A stretch of 64,000 bases of DNA from Octopus sinensis. Lineage: Eukaryota. The stretch's first letter is position 1, and every line of letters starts with the position of its first letter. The notes beneath the pieces were generated by a model that was not told the DNA's origin, did no database searches, and saw only the letters and a list, made by a program, of their open reading frames with translations. Below, piece after piece: positions 13,424-23,967 of the stretch. The stretch is from contig NC_043007.1 in the NCBI RefSeq assembly GCF_006345805.1, positions 10,106,001 through 10,170,000 of the forward strand, given 5' to 3'. A program made the translations under genes and the position numbers.

Positions 13424-14341
13424 ATCGTAATGTCCCCCCGTCCCCACTTTTCTATCTGTATATTTCTGCATGTATGTGTTTCTCCCATTGTCTCTCCCCA
13501 TCTGTTTCTCTCTGATGATGTGAGGCTATTTCTCCATGTGTGAGAAGAGGGGAAACTGTTTATGTCAATCATGTTCAATTAATTAATTGTAATGTCCGTC
13601 CCCACCTTTCTCATTTTTCTATCCGTGTATTTCTGCATGTATGCGTGTGTTTGCCTTCAGCGCCAAAATGAATTGTCGCCAAAACAGATTAAACGTTCAG
13701 TCAACCGTGCCAAATTGTCAATATCCGATCAATGACGCCCGATTATCCATTGCTCAAGAACACAATGCATCACCCAGTTCAGGAATCGAAACCACAATCT
13801 TACAATCACGAGTCCAACACCCTAACCACTTAGCCATGCACCTCCACACTTAGTAGGCAAAAATAAATAATCCTGCAATGGATTGACATCTTATCCAAGG
13901 TGGGGAATATACTTGCCATGGAAACTGGCCCTATGACCCTGTATTATTCAGGAAGGATCTTTATCCTAATCATCTCATTCCCCTTACTTCCTACTTTAGG
14001 AAGTTTTCATATTCCCAGGAGCATAGCAGAACATCTATACGGCAGAGATCTGCTGTAATTTGTTCTTCATAAAGTTGTTTTATTTTGTGCATTTTGTTAA
14101 TCATAATGTCATTAGTCATGGCTTTTCTAGGGACTAAATACTAATTGCTTGCATTTATAATGTTAATTTTTTTTTCTTTTTTGTTATAGAATTCAGTTTT
14201 AATTACTATAACAAAGTAAAATACTTCATTGCCATCTTTAGTTGGAAATGGTTAGTTAGCTTCACCTAGGTTCATGCTCCAATCACAAGGGCAGATCTCT
14301 GGAAGATGTATTACACGGTGGTTTTATGTTTGAAAGTAGTT

Positions 14342-14990
14342 ATCATCATCATCATCATCATCGTTTAACGTCCGTTTTTCCATACTAGCATGGGTTGGAT
14401 GGTTTGACCGGGGTCTGAGAAGCCAGGAGGCTGCACCAAGCTCCAGTCTGATCTGGCAGTGTTTCTATAACTGGATGCCCTTCCAAACGCCAACCACTCC
14501 ATGAGTGTAGTGGGTGTTTTTTATGTGCCACCAGCACAGGGACCAGAGGAGGCTGGCAACGGCCATGATTGGTTGGTGCTTTTTATGTACCACCGGCACG
14601 GGTATCGTAACTACAATTTTCATTTGATCATCATCGTTTAACGTCCGTTTTTCCATACTAGCATGGGTTGGACGGTTTGACCGGGGTCTGAGAAGCCAGG
14701 AGGCTGCACCAAGCTCCAGTCTGATCTAGCAGTGTTTCTACAACTGGATGCTCTTCCAAATGCCAACCACTCCGTGAGTATAGTGGGTGTTTTTTATGTG
14801 CCACCAGCACAGGGACCAGAGGAGGCTGGCAACGGCCATGATTGGTTGGTGCTTTTTATGTGCCACCGGCACGGGTATCGCAACTACAATTTCCATTTGA
14901 TTTTTATTTTGATGATATACTTGACTCAATAGGTCTCAAGTACAACAGGTTGCCCTACAGTCCAAGGTAAACACAGCAGGTTGCCCTATG
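14342..14990 (-). mobile_element. Retroposon family B, tandemly duplicated (period 273 bp)
   Basis: Both copies share the private variants ccatactagc, tctgagaagcc and accaagctcc. Confidence 0.85.
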
Positions 14991-15296
14991 ATCCAAGGTA
15001 CTTTGAATGGGCTGGGGCTGGTTATGCGAAACTGGTGTAGGTAGTTTTTTATGGGAATTCTTGTTCTGTTTATATCTTTTAAGGTATACATGCACAAACA
15101 CACACATCATCATCATCATCACTTAACATCTTTTTTCCATGCTGGCATGGGTTGGACGGTTTTTTTTGCCAAGGTGCTGGCAAGCCAGAGGACTGAACCA
15201 GGCTCCAGTTGTCTGTTTTGGCATGATGTCTATGGCTGGATGCCCTTCCTAATAATGCCAACCACTTTACAGAGTGCACTGGGTGCTTTTTATACT

Positions 15297-15516
15297 CTTT
15301 ACTCTTTTATTTGTTTCAGTCATTTGACTGCGGCCATGCTGGAGCACCGCCTTTTTTTTTTAAATCGAGCAACTTGACCCCGGGACTTATTCTTTGTAAG
15401 CCCAGTACTTATTCTATTGGTCTCTTTTGCCGAACCGCTAAGTGATGGGGACGTAAACACACCAGCATCGGTTGTCAGGCAATGCTAGGGGGACAAACAC
15501 AGACACACAAACATAT

Positions 15517-15549
<33 letters not shown>

Positions 15550-15720
15550 CATATATACGACGGGCTTCTTTTCAGTTTCCGTCTACCAAATCCACTCACA
15601 AGGCATTGGTCGGACCGGGGCTATAGCAGAAGACACTTGCCCAAGATGCCACACAGTGGGACTGAACCCGGAACCATGTGGTTGGTTAGCAAGCTATTTA
15701 CCACACAGCCACTCCTGTGC
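15297..15720 (-). mobile_element. SINE family A
   Basis: Full-length reverse-complement copy. Confidence 0.85.
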
Positions 15721-16368
15721 CATCAGCACACAGAAGAAAGACAAAAAGATATCACCAGTGGACATGCTGCAGAAGTCTGCTCAAAATGTGAAGACAGGTG
15801 GATTGCTGCTAAGCTTTTTGCTGGCAATCTAATGATTCTACCAGCTTTCCACCTTAGATTTATCTCCACTTTTAATATTAGTCAAACTCATGGTTATGAA
15901 TTGGTGGAATTGTTACTGCACCAGAAAAAATGCTTAATGACATTTCATCTGACTTCACATTTTCCGAATAGCATGAAGAAGAAGAAAACGACGACGACGG
16001 TCAATCAAATTAATTAGCTAGAAGTGTCAAATTTACTTGTGACTTCAATAACGTGTCCTCTTTACAGGTGAGGAGACTTGCTTTTGATAAGCGTGACAAC
16101 TCAAATATCATCTAAGCAAGGGAGACAATTCAAAGCACTAAGACACTAGACCAAGGGGAGCAACTTCGCATGGTTCGGTAAAGGAAACTCATACAGCTGT
16201 TAGTATACAGAAAGTGATGTGTATTATTCGTATTTGTTGTTCAAATAAATACCACGGGGCCTGAGTGTAATTATTTTTCTATGCTCGTTTTCATTTCATT
16301 TATGAAAATTATTTCGCGTTTTTTTTTTTTAGAGGGACATCTAAATTTTTTTTCATTAAAAAGATTGT

Positions 16369-16772
16369 CAGGAGTGGCTGTGTGGTAAGTAGCTTGCTAA
16401 CCAACCACATGGTTCCGGGTTCAGTCCCACTGCGTGGCATCTTGGGCAAGTGTCTTCTGCTATAGCCCCCGGCCGACCAATGCCTTGTGAGTGGATTTGG
16501 TTGACGGAAACTGAAAGAAGCCTGTCGTATATATGTATATATATATATATGTTTGTGTGTCTGTGTTTGTCCCTCTAGCATTGCTCGACAACCGATGCTG
16601 GTGTGTTTACGTCGCCGTCACTTAGCGGTTTGGCAAAAGAGACCGGTAGAATAAGTACTGGGCTTACAAAAGAATAAGTCCCGGGGTCGAGTTGCTCGAC
16701 TAAAGGCGGTGCTCCAGCATGGCCGCAGTCAAAATGACTGTAACAAGTAAAAGAGTAAAAAGAGAGAGAGAG
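16369..16772 (+). mobile_element. SINE family A
   Basis: Full-length copy; an interrupted copy also lies in each 1.8 kb duplication unit (~18059-18700 and ~19873-20515). Confidence 0.85.
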
Positions 16773-16998
16773 TCAAAAGTTTGCAGCATTTAAGGTGTTT
16801 ACAAGCCTTTTAAAAACACACAAAAACCGTTAGATTCACTTCAACATTTAAATTTAATTCGTCAAAATATTTTCGTCGCTTTGAGATCGCCACCTGTATA
16901 CCGACAAAATTCTGTGGCTCGAGGAGAGACAACTTTGGTTTGGCAATTAACTTTACTTGATGTTTTTATTTTATTTTAAGTTTTGAACTGGATATGGA

Positions 16999-19900
16999 TG
17001 GAAGCACTCCGTCGGTTACGACGATGATGGTTCCGGTTGATCCAAATCAACGGAACAGCCTGCTCGTGAAATTAACGTGTAAGTGGCTGAGCATTCCACA
17101 GACACGTGCACCCTTAACGTAGTTCTTGGGGATATTCAGCGTGACAGAGTGAGTGACAAGGCCGGCCCTTTGAAATACAGGTACAACAGAAACAGGAAGT
17201 GAGAGTGAGAGAAAGTTGTGGTGAAAGAGTACAGCAGGGATCACCACCATCCCCTGCCGGAGCCTCGTGGAGCTTTAGGTGTTTTCGCTCAATAAACACT
17301 CACAACGCCCGGTCTGGCAATTGAAACCGCGATCCTACGACCGCGAGTCCGCTGCCTTAACCACTGGGCCATTGCGTCTTCACTGAACTGGATATACATG
17401 GCGTTAGGAAGGCCATCGAGTCCTAGGAACCTTGCCACATCAGACTGGAAAGTAGAAAGCCGACAGGGCTGCACTAGGAACCTAGTGCAGCCCTGTGCAG
17501 CATAGAAAAATAATTACACTCAGGCCCCGTGGTATTTATTTGAACAACAAATACGAATAATACACATCACTTTCTGTATACTAACAGCTGTATGAGTTTC
17601 CTTTACCGAACCATGCGAAGTTGCTCCCCTTTGTCTAGTGTCTTAGTGCTTTGAATTGTCTCCCTTGCTGGATTCGCTTAGATGATATTTGAGTTGTCAC
17701 GCTTATCAAAAGCAAGTCTCCTTGGCTGGAACCTAGTGCAGCCCTGTCGGCTTTCTAGTTTCCAGTCAAACCGTCCATCACATGCCAGCATGGTAAGTGG
17801 AGATTAAACGATGATGATGATACATGCAGGAGCAAAGTTTTCTATAAATCATCATCATCATCGTTTAGCGTCCGCTTTCCATGCTAGCATGGGTTGGACG
17901 GTTCAACTGGGGTCTGGGAAGCCCGAAGGCTGCACCAGGCCCAGTCTGATCTGGCGGTGTTTCTACGGCTGGATGCCCTTCCTAACGCCAACCACTCCGT
18001 GAGTGTAGTGGGTGCTTTTTACGTGCCACCCGCACTGTAAATTATTGAATTATTTAATAGGCACAGGAGTGGCTGTGTGGTAAGTAGCTTGCTTATCAAC
18101 CACATGGTTCTGGGTTCATTCCGACTGCGTGGCACCTTGGGCAAGTGTCTTTTACTATAGCCTCAGGCCGACCAAAGACTTGTGAGTGGAAACCGAAAGA
18201 AGCCCATCGTATATATGTATATGTGTGTCAAGCAAGGTCATTGCCACTGCCGCTGGACTGGCTCCTGTGCAGGTGGTATGTAAAAATCACCATTTGTGCG
18301 TGGCCGTTACCAGTACCGCCTGACTGGCCCTCGTAAAAGCACCCACTACACTCTCGGAGTGGTTGGTATTAGGAAGGGCATCCATCTGCAGAAACTTTGC
18401 CAGATCAAGATTGGAGCCTGGTGCAAACATCTGGTTTGCCAGTCATCAGTCAAATCGTCCAAAGTGGACGTTATACGATGATGATGAATATATTTGTATG
18501 TCTGTGTTTGTCCCCCCAACATCGCTTGACAACCGATGCTGGTGTGTTTATGTCCCCCATAACTTAGCGGTTCGGCAAAAGAGTCCAATAGAATAAGTCC
18601 TGGGGTCGATTTGCTTGACAAAAGGCGGTGCTCCAGCATGGCCGCAGTCAAATGACTGAAACTAGTAAAAGAGAGTAAAGAGGATTTGTTTTATCAATAT
18701 AACCACACACAATGTTTTTTGTTGTTTTACTTACCATTCAAAAGGCTTTTCCATAGCTACGTTTCTATGAACAATCTTTTCCTTCAATTTTTTACTTGTT
18801 TCAGCCATTATATATGGAAGCACTCCGTCGGTTACGACGATGATGGTTCCGGTTGATCCAAATCAACGGAACAGCCTGCTCGTGAAATTAACGTGTAAGT
18901 GGCTGAGCATTCCACAGACACGTGCACCCTTAACGTAGTTCTTGGGGATATTCAGCGTGACAGAGTGAGTGACAAGGCCGGCCCTTTGAAATACAGGTAC
19001 AACAGAAACAGGAAGTGAGAGTGAGAGAAAGTTGTGGTGAAAGAGTACAGCAGGGATCACCACCATCCCCTGCCGGAGCCTCGTGGAGCTTTAGGTGTTT
19101 TCGCTCAATAAACACTCACAACGCCGGTCTGGCAATTGAAACCGCGATCCTACGACCGCGAGTCCGCTGCCTTAACCACTGGGCCATTGCGTCTTCACTG
19201 AACTGGTATACATGGCGTTAGGAAGGCCATCGAGTCCTAGGAACCTTGCCACATCAGACTGGAAAGTAGAAAGCCGACAGGGCTGCACTAGGAACCTAGT
19301 GCAGCCCTGTGCAGCATAGAAAAATAATTACACTCAGGCCCCGTGGTATTTATTTGAACAACAAATACGAATAATACACATCACTTTCTGTATACTAACA
19401 GCTGTATGAGTTTCCTTTACCGAACCATGCGAAGTTGCTCCCCTTTGTCTAGTGTCTTAGTGCTTTGAATTGTCTCCCTTGCTGGATTCGCTTAGATGAT
19501 ATTTGAGTTGTCACGCTTATCAAAAGCAAGTCTCCTTGACTGGAATCTAGTGCAGCCCTGTCGGCTTTCTAGTTTCCAGTCAAACCGTCCATCACATGCC
19601 AGCATGGTAAGTGGAGATTAAACGATGATGATGATACATGCAGGAGCAAAGTTTTCTATAAATCATCATCATCATCGTTTAGCGTCCGCTTTCCATGCTA
19701 GCATGGGTTGGACGGTTCAACTGGGGTCTGGGAAGCCCGAAGGCTGCACCAGGCCCAGTCTGATCTGGCGGTGTTTCTACGGCTGGATGCCCTTCCTAAC
19801 GCCAACCACTCCGTGAGTGTAGTGGGTGCTTTTTACGTGCCACCCGCACTGTAAATTATTGAATTATTTAATAGGCACAGGAGTGGCTGTGTGGTAAGTA

Positions 19901-21022
19901 GCTTGCTTATCAACCACATGGTTCTGGGTTCATTCCGACTGCGTGGCACCTTGGGCAAGTGTCTTTTACTATAGCCTCAGGCCGACCAAAGACTTGTGAG
20001 TGGAAACCGAAAGAAGCCCATCGTATATATGTATATGTGTGTCAAGCAAGGTCATTGCCACTGCCGCTGGACTGGCTCCTGTGCAGGTGGTACGTAAAAA
20101 TCACCATTTGTGCGTGGCCGTTACCAGTACCGCCTGACTGGCCCTCGTAAAAGCACCCACTACACTCTCGGAGTGGTTGGTATTTGGAAGGGCATCCATC
20201 TGCAGAAACTTTGCCAGATCAAGATTGGAGCCTGGTGCAAACATCTGGTTTGCCAGTCATTAGTCAAATCGTCCAAAGTGGACGTTATACGATGATGATG
20301 AATATATTTGTATGTCTGTGTTTGTCCCCCCAACATCGCTTGACAACCGATGCTGGTGTGTTTATGTCCCCCATAACTTAGCGGTTCGGCAAAAGAGTCC
20401 AATAGAATAAGTACTAGGCTTACAAAGAATAAGTCCTGGGGTTGATTTGCTTGACAAAAGGCGGTGCTCCAGCATGGCCGCAGTCAAATGACTGAAACTA
20501 GTAAAAGAGAGTAAAGAGGATTTGTTTTATCAATATAACCACACACAATGTTTTTTGTTGTTTTACTTACCATTCAAAAGGCTTTTCCATAGCTACGTTT
20601 CTATGAACAATCTTTTCCTTCAATTTTTTACTTGTTTCAGCCATTATATATGGAAGCACTCCGTCGGTTACGACGATGAGGGTTCCGGCTGATCCAAATC
20701 AACGGAACAGCCTGCTCGTGAAATTAACGTGTAAGTGGCTGAGCACTCCACAGACACGTGTACCCTTAACGTAGTTCTCGGGGATATTCAGCGTGACACA
20801 GAGAGTGACAAGGCCGGCCCCTTGAAATACAGGTACAACAGAAACAGGAAGTAAGAGTGAGAGAAAGTTATGGTGAAAGAGTACAGCAGGGATCACCACC
20901 ATCCCCTGCCGGAGCCTCGTGGAGCTTTTAGGTGTTTTCGCTCAATAAAGACTCACAACGCCCGGTCTGGGAATTGAAACCGCGAGTCCGCTGCCCTAAC
21001 CACTGGGCCATTGTGCCTCCAC
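16999..21022. repeat. Tandem segmental duplication: two ~1.82 kb units plus a third SINE copy
   Basis: Identical ORFs recur at 17047/18863/20699 (offsets 1816 and 1836) and at 17811/19625 and 18145/19959; the units are near-identical. Confidence 0.95.
17008..17385 (-). mobile_element. tRNA-headed SINE family D (also at ~18816-19198 and ~20651-21022)
   Basis: The minus strand begins with a tRNA-like head carrying A box TGGCCCAGTGG and a B-box-like GGTTTC(G/A)ATT(C/G)CC; the 3' end is ...cgtaaccgacggagtgcttc. Confidence 0.7.
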
Positions 21023-21314
21023 TTTCAGCCACTAGACTATGGCCAAAGTAGAGCGCCACCTTGTCAGGTTCAGTTGATCAAATCAACTCCAGTATGTTTT
21101 TTTAAAAAGTCTGGTACTTATTCTGTAGAGCTAATAGGGATGTAAACAAACCAACACTGGTTGCCATGTGGTAGAGGAACAAACATAAACAGGGAGACAC
21201 ACACAGAGGACAGGCTTCCATATAGTTTCCATTTACCAAAGTCACTCACAAGGCACTGGTCGATCTGAGCTAAAGGGGAAGATTCTTGTCCAAGGTGCCA
21301 TGCAGTGGGACTCT

Positions 21315-21518
21315 TATACTCGTTTCAGTCATTTGACTGTGGCCATGCTGGAGCACTGCCTTTAGTTGAGCAAATCGACCCCAGGACTTATTCTTTGTAA
21401 GAATAGTACTTATTCTATCAGTTTCTTTTGCCGAACCACTAAGTTACGGGACATAAGCACACCAGCATCAGTTGTCAAGCAATGTTGGGGGGACAAACAC
21501 AGACACACAAACACACAC

Positions 21519-21557
<39 letters not shown>

Positions 21558-21718
21558 CGACAGGCTTCTTTCAGTTTCTTTCTTCCAAATCCACTCACAA
21601 GGCTTTCGTCAGCCTGAGGCTATAGTAGAAGACACTTGGCCAAGATGTCACACTGTGGGACTGAACCCAGAACCATCTGGTTGGTAAGCAATCTACTTAC
21701 CACACAGCTACTCCTGCG
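21315..21718 (-). mobile_element. SINE family A
   Basis: Reverse-complement copy. Confidence 0.8.
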
Positions 21719-21993
21719 ACTATAGCAAGCTACTTACCACGCAGTCACTCCTGGTTACTAAGTGAGCTTCTTAACCACACAGCCATGTCTGCATCTAAAG
21801 ATGGATTCTTCAGAAAACCTCTAAATTTTGCCCATAGTTAGCAGGAACACAAGTACAAAAAAAAAAAAAGCAAACTATCTTGATAAGAATGATTAATTTA
21901 TTTTCTCCATGACTAAAGTTTATCAAAGATCAATAGAATTTGGATGTGTAAAGAATTTGGTGATGTGACAATCTACAATCATTTGGTAAAAGC

Positions 21994-22129
21994 TCAGTCT
22001 TTAAGTAGATAACGGATTTTTCTCTGAGGAATATGCCGAAAGGCTTCAGTCCAGCTACTACCTCTCTTTACTTCCAGAAGGATATCAACTACCTGGTTCA
22101 GAGTCAGAGATTTGTTTCCACATCCCCAC
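21994..22129 (-). CDS. TRMT10C: TRMT10C (mitochondrial RNase P protein 1 / tRNA m1R9 methyltransferase), last coding exon
   Basis: Acceptor ttttctattccag; phase matches the previous exon (AG|G). Translates (R)WGCGNKSLTLNQVVDILLEVKRGSSWTEAFRHIPQRKIRYLLKD*, with the Trm10 C-terminal K.LTLNQ..IL and W..A...IP.RK motifs. Confidence 0.9.
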
Positions 22130-22249
22130 CTGGAATAGAAAAAAAAATTACAAATATTATTTGTGTGTGTGTGTGTGTGTGTGTATGAATTTTTAAATTT
22201 TTACTTGTTTCAGTCATTGCAGTGCAGCCATGCTGGAGCACCATTTTAA

Positions 22250-22459
22250 CCCCTTCGTTACCAACCCGGCTCTGGCTCTGAGTACAAATGTCTTGTTTTC
22301 ATAAGTTTTGAATAAAAATCTTCCACCAAACCTTAGTCACAATTTATGTTCCTAACACTAGCTTAATGATAATTAAATTATTTTACTAAATTCTTTGATG
22401 TATTTAAAGTAATTGAAAGAAACACAGAGCATCTCAAAATAAATACAGTAACGAAAAGG
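22250..22459. mobile_element. piggyBac-like MITE
   Basis: TTAA TSD on both sides; TIRs cccttcgttac / gtaacgaaaagg. Confidence 0.75.
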
Positions 22460-22479
22460 TTAAGTGGTTTTTGGTTAAA

Positions 22480-23099
22480 TAGATGAAGTGGTTGATGATT
22501 TCATCTTCCTTGGCTCCAAAATAAATCGAGATGGTAACTGCACTCCAGAAATAAGACGGTGGATAGTACTAGGCAGAGAGGCAATGGTCAGCATGAGCAG
22601 GGTCTGGAAGTGTAGAGAGACATCAGACTCGCTACCAAATGCAGATTGGTGAATGCAATTGTCTTCCTAATAGCAACATATGGATGCAAGACCTGGACAC
22701 TAAAGAAAGCTGACCAGAAGAGAATGAATGCATTCGAGCTTTGGTGTTGGAGAAGACTTTTACGGATTCCATGGATAGCGAGGCTCACCAATGGAGAAGT
22801 TCTTAAGCAGATAAGGCCGAAAATGTCGCTAGAAGCTGGGATCACCAAGCATAGATTGGCATATTTCGGTCATACTATGCAGAGAGAATCCCTGGAGAAG
22901 GACATCATGCTCGGAATGGTCAGTGGCAAGAGAGGAAGAGGCCGACCAAGAACCCGCTGGCTTGACACCATCAAGAGGGATACCGGAATGGACATAGCCA
23001 ATCTGAACGAAACGGCCCAGGATAGAACTGACTGGAGGACACTGATCCAACGAGTGACTGAGAGTCGACTTCGACTGAGCGGATAGAGAGAGAGAGAGA
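22480..23099 (+). mobile_element. 5'-truncated RTE (BovB-like) LINE 3' end with (AG)n tail, antisense in a TRMT10C intron
   Basis: Encodes FIFLGSKI, YGCKTWTLKK..FELWCWRRLLRIPW, YFGH and GKRGRGRPRTRWLD, typical of the RTE ORF2 C-terminus. Confidence 0.9.
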
Positions 23100-23967
23100 T
23101 CAACCCCAGTACTTATTCTCAACTTTGGTACTTATTAAATCAGTCTCTTTTGCCAAACTGCTTAAGTTATGGGGTCGTAAAGAAATCAATGCCAGTTGTC
23201 AAGGTGTGTGTGATAGGATGAACCCACATACACACAGATAGCAATATAAATATATGTATATGATGAGCTCCCATCAATTCAGTTGTAAATGAGTTACAGC
23301 AAAGGCTGTGAAGTTAACCTTGTGATAGACTAGCTTCCTATCCAGGTGGAATATTGTAATCTCAGTTACTTATATGCCATGAAAACCAGGTTAAACTCCA
23401 ACCTAACAAGTTTTAGAGGTCATGACAGACCAACTATATTACATGATGGTGATGATGGATGGATCTGATTTAAAATCCAACCAAGAATCAAGGTCAAAGA
23501 GTTTAAAATATAATCTTGTCCCAACCTGTCTGGATTTGTTGAAAAACCTCTCATTCTTTCCAAAATCACAAGAACTGATTGAGTCTCATTCTTGCCTCTA
23601 GTTTCTAAATTTTTATGACAACCGGAGAAAAATTCCTTTGAATGCAAGAAATAAAAGAGGACCAAAATATGTTGTAAATTGCTGTACTTGAGAAGACCCA
23701 CCCACCACAACAGAATTGAGATCCTAAAACTAAGATGCCAGGTAAAAAGCATTGGTGTTGGTGCCACATAAAAAGCATCCTGTACACTCTGTGAAGTGGC
23801 TGGCATTAGGGAGGGCATCAAGCCTTAGAAACCAAGTCAAAACAGACTACAGAACCTGATGTGGCCCCTGGCCTTGCCAGTTCCTGTCAAGTTGTCCAGC
23901 CCATGTAGGCATCGGAAACGATGATGAATAAGGTAGAGGAAATGTAATGAGTAAATAGCAAGTGACT

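Noticed and set aside
15722-16017. Open frames following a SINE (HTEERQKDITSG... / STQKKDKKISPV...)
   Set aside because: No recognisable homology or consistent splice phase; kept only as part of the low-confidence transcript finding.
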